Source: Dimorphilus gyrociliatus
Taxonomy: Eukaryota > Animalia > Annelida
NCBI GenBank assembly: GCA_904063045.1
Contig: CAJFCJ010000020.1
Coordinates: forward strand, 1,728,916 to 1,792,915
DNA: 64,000 bases
Direction: 5' to 3'
Shown here: piece by piece, positions 11,161 through 33,470 of the stretch
Layout of the letters: each line of letters starts with the position of its first letter
Position numbering within the stretch: position 1 is the first letter of the stretch
Translations under genes and position numbers: made by a program
The notes under the pieces: generated by a model
What the model was told of the DNA's origin: nothing
What the model saw: only the letters and a program-made list of their open reading frames with translations
The model's database searches: none

Positions 11161-14107
11161 TTAAGCCACTGTATCTAAACCATGCGTATTGTGTCTTCCA
11201 ATAGTTCCTGTAGATAGGACGACTGCCCCTCTCTTTTTCGGCCTTGACAATGTATCTTGTTTCATGTTTACAAAGGTATTCTAGAGATAAGGTAAAATAT
11301 ATAGGTTAAGAATATAATTTCAATTTTAACCGTACTTACCAAAAACTCATCTGGAGGTCTTTCTAAAGATGGTATAACGTAAACAGAATCAAAGGGAAAA
11401 CATCCTTTAACTTTTGTCTTTTCGTTAATTCCAACACTCCAATGCTCTCTTTGCGAATCTTCATCTACCAGTTGGATAACGTCTCCTTGGCTAAAACTGA
11501 ATTTACTCTGTTTCGTCTCGAGAATAAAATCTTGTAGGCCAACAGCGTATTTAGATCTCCTTCTAAGACCATCCAGAAATGTTGATATAAGTTTCGTAAT
11601 TGTTTGTGAATTTGGTGATATAAATGTCCATTCATCTCCTTTGATTGTAATTAGAGTAAAACTTTGTCCTCTGACCTTTCCAGCTCTACTTGCAAATACT
11701 TCAACGATGTTATAATAATATAGAACTGCTTTGATTTTATATGGTTCGTCCAATATATAAAAACCGTTTGCAGCTACAGCAACAATTACATCATTTTTTG
11801 TCAATTTTGGTCCTCCAATTCTAAATGCCTCGAATAGACCTGCAAATTGTAAAACCCATTTTTTTGGGGCTTCAGTCACAATCTCCTGCTTGAATTGTCC
11901 TGTATCCTTTCCCTCTTGACAGACTTCGTGAAAAGAAGATGTGATAGCCTGAGTCCAACCTTCCTGTGTTCTTCCCCATTTTAGGCAATTCTCTGAAAGG
12001 TACTTTGATAAACTTTTTGACAATTTAGCCTCATCCAATTCACATCCATTGTCTATAAAATAATGAATAGCAGCGTAGCGAGCCAACTCTTCTTCAGATC
12101 TAACTTTATACTCCTCCAATCTTATTCCTTTCATTATTTGTACAAATATTAACTCGGTAGCAATGAGATCGTAGGAAGGATCATGCCAAGGACTAAACAT
12201 TTCTTTTCTGAAAAAGATTTTCCAAGGTGCATCTTCAGTCTTTTGTCCCCTTCCAAAAACGACCTGCTCACATTCAGAAATTGCATCCATAACGTGATCC
12301 ATTCCGCTACCCAGACTTGAGATTTTATCATACACTCGGATAAATATTGAAAATCCAAAGAAATCCTTTAAACCAATTTTATTAGCCAAACGATTGCATA
12401 ACTCGGCTGAAGTGGTAGCTGAATCTCCTTCTATAGATTCCAATCTTCCATCAGCGAATGTAATTGGTAGTACGATGTACTGTCTTGCCAACGATGTTTG
12501 ATATTCCAACCAATTCGGTGGATGATATCTCATACCGTTTGCAGCCGTTCTACTTATTATTTTTCTTGTATATTTGGAATAATCATGATACTCTTTTGGA
12601 GCGTCTCTTAAAAAACATCGAATATATCGAAAGAGACGTCCTGATGGGACAACACATCCAGAAATCAAGGATAATAGTACCCATCCTTTTTTGCAGCTAT
12701 CAGCCTTTTTATTATTTGTCAACTGTTTACAAACTTGACAAAACAATTCATCTCTGTTATATTATTAAGATTACTAATTGGACACTAAATAAATAATGTC
12801 TTAATACAAACCTTATATCTTTTCTTAATATGGCATGTCCAATAATAAAATGCAGTATTTCCATTTCAGTAGCAGGCAGGTTGGCAATAACCCCTGCAGG
12901 TCCGGAGTCGTAAAGGTAGTCGGTCGGTTCATTGTCAAACTACACAGACCAAAACATAGCAGAATGTTTTTGAGATGAATAAATATTGTAGGTAAATTTA
13001 CCTTCTCTCTTAAAAGTTTCTCTTTCTTCTTAGCTTTTTCTTCTCTATCATCCGTATTACTCGATTGTCTTGTGAACTTTTTTAAGAAAGAATTCCTTTT
13101 CTTTAATTTATACGACAAATACTCCTTCTATGTGATAATAAGAGAGATAAAAAAGCAAAATATCAAAATGAGAAAAGATACATACAGATTCTTTATTGTT
13201 GTTAGTTGGGTTTTGTACACTAGCCCTTCTTGATACTTTAATGGCTCTTTCCAAAGACCTATAGACTTTGGTCATTATTGGCACACGATCATTAGTCTAA
13301 ATTCGTAACAGGGTCACTGATTAGAAATAACGATTCTTCAATAATAAGATAACAAGGATCTACATACATTTTTATTAGGTCTTGTTAGAACAACATCGCC
13401 CATAAATTTTTGAATTGCAACAAATATGGCCACAGAAATCTGTAGACGAAAAAAAGAAAAACAGACTGATGGATTAACATCTAAAAAATCTTTATCTCTA
13501 CTTCAAAGAAATGACAGAATTTCACTATTCAAAATATTTCTTAATAATATAAAAACAAAGATTACGTACAGTTTTGTCCAGTTCATGCTTTTTCTCTATT
13601 AGTGGTTGTTTTATGGCATTTTCAGTGAAACTGCCATTATTTGCAGTAGAAAAATTAGTTTTAACATACTATAATAATAAAATAAATATAATTAATCATT
13701 AATTAATTAGTTAATTAACTAATAAGGCAATAGTAACATCTGAAAAATGTAATTTAGCTAGTGTTTCTTCCTTTTCTTGATCAATCTGAAGAAAAATTTC
13801 GGTTATTTCATTCTGTTCTTCTTCTACTAATCCAATGTTAGCTTCAAATTCCGGTGTAAGCCCTTCTTCGCAATCCTAAGCGTGTTGAAGAAAAAGCTTA
13901 AATCGTTTACATTAAGGAAGTAAACTACGTACGACGGAAGATATGCCACAATCAATTCTTAAAGACGGATTTAACTCGCTATTACCCTATAGAGAAATAG
14001 TTTTTTAATTGTAGGTGTAAGATCAAAGAGTCAAAGAAACTGCTAACCCCTTCTCTGTTCAATTCTGGAGGATTGTTCGTACTAGCGCTTCTTCTCTTGG
14101 ACGACAT
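11161..14107 (-). CDS. Motor-less myosin-VII-like protein (MyTH4-FERM-SH3), about 770 aa
   Basis: Ten exons chain in frame from ATG 14107 (MSSKRRSAS) to TAA 11161. Colinear with the first MyTH4-FERM-SH3 unit of myosin VII (KQPL, AIQKFMGD, PIMTKVY, LHFIIGHAILR, RDELFCQ, PPNWLE, SSLGSGMDHVMDAISECEQ, FFRKEMFSPWH, TIKGDEWTF, RSKYAVGLQD). No motor or IQ region found. Confidence 0.85.
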
Positions 14108-14286
14108 TACAGAAAAATTGCAAAAATAGCTTAACAAATTGACAAGGGTGGTGCACAATATTGCCCCATAGAATTTCTTGGCCTATTTTATTGACAGGAA
14201 TATGCCAATAATATTCATTCTTAAAGGCGGTGCTGGTTTCGCTTTTGTTCACAAATAAATATATTTATATATTAGTATATATAGAG

Positions 14287-14320
<34 letters not shown>
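14287..14320. repeat. Compound (TA)n(GA)n microsatellite
   Basis: Direct reading. Confidence 0.9.
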
Positions 14321-14553
14321 AGCAAGATAGTATTCTAATTTTTATTTATATACGTTATACAGTACACCGTTTACCCTTGTACAATCACTTTATAAGCAAA
14401 GAAAGGAATGATGGAAATTGTGAATGAACTTTTTAAAGGAAAAATCTCTTCTCCAAAACTTTTTAATATTCTTTTATTCAATCTTTTCATACAAAATACA
14501 AAAAACTTTCATTTATTAAAAACTCTTGAACAGAGTTTTTTTTTCATCTTTAT

Positions 14554-14572
14554 TCTCTCTCTCTCTCTCTCT
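14554..14572. repeat. (TC)n microsatellite
   Basis: Direct reading. Confidence 0.85.
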
Positions 14573-14900
14573 TTTTTTTAGTGCATTCATATGCTAATGT
14601 GCAAGCACTACAATTTTACTCTTATCGTTTTGAAGCTTTTTTTAGCATATGACGTTCATTTATAAAATATATGTTCAAGTGTATTTTTAAATTGAAATTA
14701 CGATACTATCAGTCTACTTATAAGATACTACTAATCAATTTTTTGTACGATATAGATAAGACTTATTTAAGGTTATATTATTTGTTTTTTAATACGACTT
14801 ATGGTCTTTTGTTTATGAGTAAGAATCACATGTAGACAAAAATTAAGCAATAATTTTATATCTTTAAATATTTTTTTATAATAACATAGTTTATTTCTGT

Positions 14901-14946
14901 AGAGAGAGAGAGAGAGAGAGAAAGAGAAAGAGAAAGAGAGAGAGAG
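14901..14946. repeat. (AG)n / (AGAAAG)n purine tract
   Basis: Direct reading. Confidence 0.9.
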
Positions 14947-15160
14947 CGAGAAATATGAAAATACTTTATATAACTAAATATGAAGGTTACATGCGAATGA
15001 GATGAAGGATGGATGAAAATAAAAGGAGAGAGGGAGAGAAAGATATAGAGGAGTTGTGAGAATTTTCGCCTGTAAACTATTATTAGAGCGCAAAGATAAA
15101 TTACACCAGCGCTAAATCCCATAATACGATATATAGAATCGCCGGCAAGTGTTTTGAGTA

Positions 15161-15170
15161 GTCACGTGAC
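15161..15170. promoter_or_regulatory. Palindromic E-box GTCACGTGAC upstream of the light-chain gene
   Basis: 10-bp perfect palindrome about 180 nt 5' of ATG 15353. Function is inferred. Confidence 0.45.
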
Positions 15171-15352
15171 GATACTCTCCAGTTTGCCTGCACAGTTTAG
15201 TCTGAGGAGTTGGTCCAGCAGACAGACCACTGTCTTTCAACTTAACTTAATCTTCTTTTTCTGTGAGGTATTTTCTCAAATTTTCATTTCTTTTTCTTGC
15301 AATATCTTATATTATTCTATTTTTTCAGACAACAAACTTTTCAACTGCAATA

Positions 15353-16583
15353 ATGGGTGAAGAAAAGGTAAGAAAGCTATTCCTTTTTCTCATATCTTTT
15401 CATTGTTTCACATTTCTTCCATTAGTGTTAGATAAATTTTTTGACTGTACCAGATTAATAAACAAATTCATAATTGTAAAATGTGCGCAAGTTCTGTCAA
15501 GTTATTTTAATAGCAAATAATATTGCTAATCTGTAAAACTGCAATACGTTTATCTTCAATATTTTTGCATAGCATAACCTATTCTGTGGCACTCTAAAAC
15601 TTTGCAGCTGCCAAGCCTGTTGACCTAAATATGTAATTTATATTAAACTGCACATACACCTGCCATAGTTGCGTGTATATTTATAGCATTAGTTCTTTTC
15701 CATTCCCATTTTTTTGTATATGAATATTTTATTAATTTCTAATTTTTGGTTCAATTTTTAAATATTTAACAGAAAGAGAAGAAGAAGAAGAAGAAGGAAA
15801 AGAAAGAAGAATCTGAGATCGAAGAACATTCTGGAGATGAGAAAAAAGAAGCTAAGCCAGCAAAGAGAGGAACATCAAACGTTTTTGCCCTCTTTAATCA
15901 GGCACAGATTCAAGAATTCAAAGAGGTAAAATGCATATGAAAGTGTTTCAAACTTGACAAATGTAAACCTTTTTTCAGGCCTTTACCATGATGGATCAGA
16001 ACAGAGATGGTGTAATCGATATGGACGATCTAAATTCGATTCACCAACAATTGGGTAGAGAGCCAGATACGAAAACGTTGAAGGCCATGCTGGAGGAGAG
16101 TCCTGGTCAATTAAACTTCACTCATTTTCTAACTCTATTTGGTGAACATTTGCACGGTACCGATCCCGAATCAACCTTGAGGGACGCCTTTATCATGTTT
16201 GACGAGGGAAATACTGGAAAATTATCTGAAGAATAGTTAGTATATCATAAAAAAAAGTTATACTTAGAACAGGGCGAAAAATTCCGCCCATAGATAGCGC
16301 TGCATAATAAACAATGTATTGCGGTATATTTATATACCGTTAGATTTATGTTAGCTTAAAAACCCCTGGAGAATTGCAGCTAGGATCTGAATTAGTATAG
16401 TATAATTCTAAACAAACTTTTTCTATTTTGTCAAATAGCTTTAAAGACTTACTCATGAATGTTGGAGATCTGTTCAGCAAGGACGAAATTAAGCAAACCT
16501 TCAAAGAAGCACCAATCGAGGGAGGTCAACTCGATTATTTGGCGTTCGTTCGTCTCATAAAGAGAGGAAACCAAGAAGAGTAG
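15353..16583 (+). CDS. Myosin regulatory light chain with a Lys/Glu-rich N-terminal extension
   Basis: Four exons (first 15353-15367, second from 15773). [39 protein letters not shown] (phospho-site plus EF-hand I), LNFTHFLTLFGE, GTDPE; ends KRGNQEE. Confidence 0.95.
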
Positions 16584-17249
16584 ATTCTTAGTTTACCTAG
16601 TTTTTTTTTCTGCCATAATTTATACCGTTGGTTTGCTTTTTTTCTTCTTTATTTTGTCTTTTTTTTCACAATGAGCAAACTAGAGAGAAAACATTTCTAC
16701 CCAAAAACAAAAGAAAAAACAAAATAAAACCTAATAATTATTATCTGTAAAGAAAACAAAAAGACCCTCTTTTTCGGAAAATAATACAAGATTTGATGAA
16801 AGAAACTCATTGTTCTATCCTTCTTTCTCTATGCATGGTTCAAACCCTTTTCCGAGAAAATTATTCTCTTTTTTATTTATGATTCGGAAAATTGTACGTC
16901 GCTTTAAAATAAAATACGGGCAAGCTGAATATTTGATCATAAACGTTGGCAAGTCTTATTTAATATACCAATGTATGAAATAATTCTAAAACCGCCAAAT
17001 ATGGACATCGTAAAATTTGACGATGCTTTGTTAAGAGAACACTGTTTGATCATGCTTTATCAACATTCGGTTATATTAGGGATATAAAATAGCTCTATCT
17101 AAAGCTACAAAGCTTTACTGTACGTGATTTAAGTGGTGAATCTCAGTTGTAATTTTACTAAAGAGATATTTTCAGTATTTTATTTATATATCTTCCTTCA
17201 AACTGTTACTAAAGTTTATCTGTAACCATTTTATCACTCGGAGTTGAAT

Positions 17250-19921
17250 ATGCTCTTTCATGATATTACCTTAATAGCAATCACCATCTTATGCTTTGGC
17301 GTAAGCTATAATGGAGATTTGGTGTTTGATGATAGCGAAGCAATACTGGGCAATAAAGATGTTCTACCATCTTCAAGTTTTATTGATATTTTCCACCACG
17401 ACTTTTGGGGTTCGAATATGAGCTCAAAGAGAAGTCATAAATCGTATAGACCCCTAACAGTATTAACCTATAGGTTTCTATTCAAAAGATATTTTTCACT
17501 TTTTTCTTATTAGAAACATCTTTTGATAAATCTTATTTGAAACAGGTGGTCGTATTTTTTCGGTAACGGTTACCAGAAGATACATTTTCATCTACCAAAC
17601 ATACTACTTCAAGCGATCATTTGCTTACTAACCTATAGATTATACCAGAGATTAACAAACAACAACTTAGTTTCAAAATTGGCCTCAATATACTTCGCCG
17701 TCCATGCAGTGCACTCTGAGAATGTAAGGAAAAAAACACAGCATTTTTCAACTGTTGCAGATGAAAATCTGCAGATATAATTAATTTTTTTTTTTAAATT
17801 TTATTCCAGATTGCTGCTGTTGTAGGTAGAGCCGATCTATTATGTTCAATGTTCTATCTGATATCATTACTCCTTTATATAAAAAGTTAGTATACATTTA
17901 TAGCGTTTAAATTAATTTAAGTGTTATTTCTTTTTAATATAATCCAGGTTGGACAAACAACGTATTTATTATACCTGTGATAATTTCAACTGTTTTATCT
18001 GTACTAGCAAAAGAACAAGGTATAACTTCACTGGTAAGTATTATTATTGTTGTTATTAATAGTAACAAACTAAATATTTCTTCGTACCATGTATTCCCCT
18101 CAGGCTGTTTGCTTTGCTATGGAATTTATTTATGTTTATAAATGTAATTACAAACTTTTGAAGAATCTCAACAATGCAACGTTAATTAGATCTATAGTAT
18201 TAATTGCCTCTACAATTCTAATTTTATACTTAAGATTAAGAATTATGAATTATCAACCTCCCACTTTTCAATATCATGATAATCCTCACTCATTTGTGAA
18301 TGGAACGCTGCTAAGAGTTGGTATCATTTCTATTTAGGTAAATAGAATTATTATTTTAATAGTTGCGACTTTTTTCTTCAATAGATATTTAATTACAACT
18401 ATATTTACGCTATGAATATTTGGTTATTGTTAAATCCTTCTTGGTTGTGTTTCGATTGGTCAATGGGATGTATACCAATTCTCAATTGGGCTGATAATAG
18501 ACTTATAATAGTTTGCATATTTTGGGCTGTTGTTGGACTTTATTCTATTAAAATTTTAAGAAAATTGCCAAAGTAATATACAAACAATAATAACTTAAAA
18601 TAGGTCGAGAAGATTTTTTATAGTAATTTTTTTTCTCCTTTGCAATAGAATTGAAGTAGTAAGTCTCACTTTAATGATAATACCATTCTTGCCATCTTCC
18701 AACATACTTTTTCGCGTTGGATTTGTCATTGCTGAAAGAAATTTATACATTCCGTCCATTGGATTTTGTTTATTAAGCATAAATTCATTCATCAAATTGA
18801 TTAATTTTAAAAAAATTGATAAAAGATTTACTAAATTATGTTGGTTTGCCTTAAGTTTATTTATTCTATCCAATGGAATTAAAAGTTTCTCAAGAGCTAT
18901 CATATGGAAAACTGAAAAATCACTATTTGAGAGTGGAAAATACGTTTGCCCTAAAAATGCTAAAGTTCATTATAATATTGCTAAAATTCACGGTGATTCT
19001 GGTAATTTAACGTTCGCAATTTCAGAATATAGATTAGCAATAAGGTAGTTTCAATGTTAATACTATATTATATCTAATATGAATATTTATTCTGCTTTAG
19101 GCTTTATAAGAATTATGAACAAGCGATGAATAATCTTGCAAATATTCTTAAGGATAAAGGAGAATTTATAGAGGCTGAAAGTCTTTTGTCAAAGGCTGTT
19201 ACCATTAAGTACGGTCATTTATTAATTAGATATATTTATTAAACGTTTAAACTTTTACTTGCACTATTAAATAGTTCAGAGTTTGCGGCTGCTTGGATGA
19301 ATTTGGGTATCGTTAAAATGAATCTTAAAAAGTATAAAGAAAGCGAATTTTCCTTCGGCAATGCTCTGAGACACAGAAAGTACTATCCCGATTGTTATTA
19401 CAATTTAGGAAATCTCGTTAGTTGATTTGTTTTATTTTATATATTGCAATTGATAAGTTATACTCAATTAAACTTTTTATATACAGTATGCCGAAACAAA
19501 GCATCACCAATCAGCTCTGGCTGCTTGGGGAAATGCTACACAACAAAAACCTTCTCATTTGAATGCCTGGTTTAATATAATAGTTCTTTATGATAATTTA
19601 AAAAATTTTGAAAGAGGTGAAGCTGTTGTTAAAGAGGCCCTAAAGCATATTCCAAATTCTGATGTTATTTATTTTCAATACTCTATTATGCTTGGCAAGA
19701 GTGAAAAATTTGAAGAAGGAGAAACACAAATGCTAAAAGCCATATCTCTTAATCCTTCCGCTAAATATTATGGAAATTTGGGTATTCTTTATCATAGGTG
19801 GAAAAAATACCATAAGGCTGAAAACGCATACAAGAAATCGCTACTCCTAGAGCCAAACAATATTGAAATGAAAAAGAATTATGAAATGCTTAAAATATCA
19901 ATGAATAAAAGAAAGATATGA
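17250..19921 (+). CDS. TMTC4: Protein O-mannosyltransferase TMTC4 (TM region plus TPR repeats)
   Basis: VFDDSEAI, HHDFWG...SHKSYRPLTVLTY, LCFDWSMGCIP, PFLPSSNILFRVGFVIAERNLYIPS, NAKVHYNIA and C-terminal TPRs. Exact start codon less certain. Confidence 0.88.
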
Positions 19922-20059
19922 AGTTATTCCTTTAAAAATTCAAGTGTTAAGAAAATATGAAATGATTCATATGAATAGAAACGATAAAAATAGTGCTATA
20001 TTTTTTCTTACATTTATATAAAAAGAAACAAAAACGATGTTGTTCTTTCAATAGACAAT

Positions 20060-24089
<4,030 letters not shown>

Positions 24090-25979
24090 CTTCTTAAAGT
24101 CACAAAATACTCAATATTACTTTCTTGCGCAATTTGAAAAAAAATCACAAATAGTCAAATTGTGATGTAAAAAAAAAATAACTATGTAAAGGTAACAAGT
24201 TGTCAAAGATAATGTATAAAATATGTATATATTATGAGAAACCGCATGTTATGGTGCAGCCGAAATTATGATTGTCAAGGTCAAAGTAAGGTACCGTTCA
24301 AAATGTTGAAATATCTTTAAAAAATTCTAAAAGGACCACGAACCTTATTATAAAATAGAAAAAGAACAAAATTGATAAGTTCTTTCCAGAACTAACACTA
24401 AAATTAAAAGAAAAGTAATTTTTATGTTCTATAACAAATTACTTTAAAGTATTAGTTGACTAGAGCTTTTTCAAGTTAACAGGCTTTGAAATATTGAAAA
24501 TGAATTAAAGAAAAATGAAACGGTGTAAAGATTGTTCGAAAGATCATTTCTAAATGGAATAAAATAAGCAAGTCTAATGTAAGTTTATCATATTTGATTC
24601 TCCGCTAAATTCAACTGACATTTCAATTTTCTATCTAGTGCATTTCTATATATAACGCTTTGAGGAGATAGGTAGCTTACTTGGGTTCATTTATTGGCTA
24701 TTACAGCACAGAAATTGTATATTAATTTATAAATAGCTTACTTTAGCAATAATTTATAAAATTAGATCTGTAGAAAATTGGCTATAGTTATAAAAGAACA
24801 AAAGGAAAGATGTGAATATATTTTAAATGTAAGTTCTTTAAAATTTCTCTACACTCAGAACATTCTATTCTTATATTTGTATTAATATAAAGAGTATGAA
24901 ATTGATTTCTTTCTATTCCATAGCAAACACTAAGCTAGTTATTATTACGTTTAAACTTTTATGTGAAGATTAAAGCTTAATATTTAAGGGAAAGGGTAAA
25001 ACTGAGTAAGATTTACTCACTTAATCTCTTAATGAATAGAAAGACTTGGGTATATAAAATAAAAGTGAATGTACTTATTAGGTACAGTTATTATTTTTTC
25101 TATAAGCCAAATATAATCCCGCACGTCACCAACTCATTTTCAGCTGGCTTAAACAACTTAGACATCCAATTACAACTTGTAAATTTGTCATTTATTTTAT
25201 CGATATTGCCCTATGAAGCAATAAACTGTACTATCTGTCAAAAAGATTCGTGTTGTATAATCTACGAATTTTTTGACGTCATCTTGTAATTTGACATAAA
25301 AAATTGTCAGACGCAGGTGCTTTTATTTTTATAAATATATGAATATTTGTTTGTGTAATAGAATTTTCATTGTAGCAAGTTTATTTTCGTTAGTCCTAAT
25401 GAATTTTTACATAATTAATTAAGAAAGAGTGTATTATGATTAGTCCTTCCTTTTTATGTTTAAAATGAAAGAGGAGCAACCTTCAGATCAAAAATATATA
25501 TGTAAACATATTTATTAATAAGAACTCAAAAGACCTGTAACTTGCAGATGTTTTATTTAAAAAAAATCCATTGCATATTAGCAGAAAAAAATGTGTTTGC
25601 ACTAAATATTTTGAGGACAAATAGACTCAAAATTAGCTTGATTTTTTAGATATAATTATAATTATTATTGTTCACCTCAATATATATTTTCTACGTAGTG
25701 AATACAACAAATTATGTTGCGCATATTCATATTAATAACAGACTTTTTTATCATTAAAAATGAACTAGAAAAAGTACAAATAAAAATTAATTACATCTTA
25801 TTTAGACATTTGGAATATTTTGGTACAAAAATTATTTATTAGCATATTTTTAAAATAGATATACGATTTTCGAATAACTTTCATCCTTTCATGAATAATT
25901 AATCTGCACGCGATGACAGCGCTCTCTGTGGTCGTAACGCAAATTATTCATCATGGCAGTAACCACGTGAAGAAAAAAC

Positions 25980-27987
25980 ATGGGAAATTCTTTCACGAAA
26001 AAGGATTGCAGCCAGGGAAATGAGGAAACTTCATCAGATAATTCAACATCAGAATCTAATCAGAAAGAATGGACCATGTTAGCTTCCGATAGCGTAGAAA
26101 CATGGAAATTTAGCAGTGTTTTGTATGGTTTTGAACCAAGAATTGATTATACTTCCGATATAAAGGGACGATTGCAACCGTGGTGTACATTTGGTAGATA
26201 TTTTTCAGTAAAGTATGATTCAACAGAAAAGGTTTGATTCTTTCATTTTAACATAAAAACTGAATTAATTTAAAAAAATGGGTGTGTCTACTTCTAAAAA
26301 GTCTCCTACTTTTTTTTATATACGTATTATAATGTCAATAATTCTTGTTTCAATATAATATATGCTATTTTAAAACAATGGAAGAAGAACCTAAATGATT
26401 CTATTGCTTTTTATATAAAGATATATCGCCATAAAATATTCCGAAATGGTATTATAGAATATCATGTTCGTCAAACCACGTGATGAAATTCTTAAACTAG
26501 AAAATTGTTTTATATTAAAATATTAATAAGTTTATTACACAATATGAAATACTAATATATAAAATCCAAGCTTTAATTTTGATAAATACAATCGACATGG
26601 GAAACATATAATTGAAAATATATTAGACGCCTTTTATGTTAAAACTTTTAAAAGTGTTATAATATTTTTGAAGTCACAATCGAGCAACATACCTATAAAA
26701 AAATAAATAATTCTTTACAAGACGACTAATGATATTACGAATATGAAAAGATTAACATCTTAATCGAAATTTGTAGAAGTTGAGAGAAAAATTAATTATA
26801 AAAAAAAAATCTTTTTTATTCATAAGAGAATAAGATTTTGTATTTATGAATTCCTTTTCTGAGAAAAGTAATATTGAATTACTTAAATACAGTCTATTGT
26901 ATATTGTATCTATTAACAGGAGCATATTGTATAAATTGTCAATATTTATATATATTCTAAAAATTCTTTTCAGGTCTTGGATAGACATTATATGAAAATT
27001 GTAATCTCAGAAGGATGTTTCCATTCTACTCAAATTCGCCTTCCACGAAGTTTTTATTCCAGACTACATTCAGTACCGGAACCGGCTTCCCATTTTCTTA
27101 AACCTATTCAAGTTGTGGGATATCGTGGAGGAGTATGCATTCTACAAGTGAACTGCAAAGACTATTTTATTGAATTTCTAGTCATACATATGAAGACTGG
27201 TACGGTTTTAGGGACTCATAAAGAGAACATTCAAGGTTATAAACATTACTTATGCGACTGTCTTATTAGTCCAGATTTATCTTCTTTCATTCTCAAACCA
27301 AACGCTATGTACGTCTTGAATTTTGCGCGGGATACATTTAATAGTTCTATGAAAGTTGTATCTTGCAAAGGAAATCCTATGCCTGTTATTAGGGAGAATT
27401 TGTTTAGTAATGTTTCTGTGAGAGCTTTTATAGCATATGATCCAAGGTATACTTGGAGAAGAATTGCTATTGGAAATTATTGCAAACACGGGAAGGACAC
27501 TGTAATCATCTTTGATTTGAAATCTGATAAAATTATACAATCAAGCGATCCTTATTCTCACTATCAAACTACGCACAATATATCTTGGTCACCAGATGGA
27601 GCTTACATATCATCAATGGTTCTAGGCAGAACTATTAAAGATGGGTTTTTTAATTTTCCAAAAGTATTGATATACGAATCAACAGATTTAGCAATTATTC
27701 AATCAATTAGGACTAATTATCTTTCCGAAGTGCCAACACTATCACCGACTGGAATTTTTCCAGTTTTCAATAACACTGGAACAATTATAGCAATTCCTTA
27801 TGGAGAACATGGAACTTATTTTCAACAAGTTGCAGGAGTAAAAGTTTATAAAGCACCAAACGTTTTAGATCTTCAAAGTTTGTGTCGATTGTGTATTAGA
27901 CAATATTTTGAAACCTATGACGTTGATAGACTCCCTCTACCAAACAAATTAAAAGACTATTTGAAATTTAAACCATTTTGGGAATAA
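25980..27987 (+). CDS. Uncharacterised N-myristoylation-motif / beta-propeller-like / C-terminal SOCS-box protein, about 420 aa
   Basis: Exon 25980-26231 (MGNSFTKK...) joins in phase 0 via AAG/GTTTGA and TTTCAG/GTC to exon 26974-27987. Blade-like turns ISPDL, AYDPR, SWSPDG, FNNTG; SOCS box VLDLQSLCRLCIRQ...LPLPNKLKDYL. Confidence 0.75.
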
Positions 27988-28689
27988 TAGAATATTGAAT
28001 AAATGAATAAATAACGGTAAAGAGAACACTTTTAACTGTCTTGAATAATAAATCATAATATCTTTATGTTTTTTTTTTTTTTATAAAAACACATTATGAA
28101 TTAATTAATGTCTTTATTATTTAAACTCATAAAACACTACAGAAAGTACTGCTGAATTAGCTTAAATAAAGAAAACAAAATAGCTTTCCGCAAACAAGGT
28201 CATTTCCTACGGGGTAGTGCTCTCAGCGTATAGAAGCTGTTCATGTTTTTTTTTATATCAAAATACTGGGGCAATTGGAATTTTTTAAGTTCCTTTGTAA
28301 ATTTATTTATACAAAATATTAAAGACGTACGACGTAGGGGGAGGGCGAGTTGTAAAGAGTTGAATACTAAAAGGATTTTCATCGATTAGTGATTTAAACT
28401 AATTAATTAAGATTTTTATAGGAGGATTTGAAAATCTAATAAGCATGTTATACTTCTTTCTAACCGGAGGGTTATTCGTTAAAATCAACTTTTTTTGTTA
28501 ATTACAATTACTCTTCCCATGTAAAATTCGATAATATTTTCGTATTTCCCTCCAATTGTTCGCTGGCGTATTAAATCCCCTTTCGCTTCAATTTTTCTTT
28601 TAGCGCCATCTATAGGAACTACTTCCTAGCAGATATATACATAAACATTGATGTAGCAGTTCTTTTCAGTAAATAAGCTGCGGTTAGCC

Positions 28690-33470
<4,781 letters not shown>

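Noticed and set aside
14856-15520. ORFs in the myosin/light-chain spacer that might be motor-domain remnants
   Set aside because: They translate microsatellites, UTR and intron; no myosin motor motifs (P-loop, switch I/II) are present.
24090-25979. 1.9-kb gene-free interval, the longest in the window, examined for transposon or ncRNA remnants
   Set aside because: No terminal repeats, transposase/RT motifs or tRNA boxes found; ORF 25032-25289 is not protein-like.
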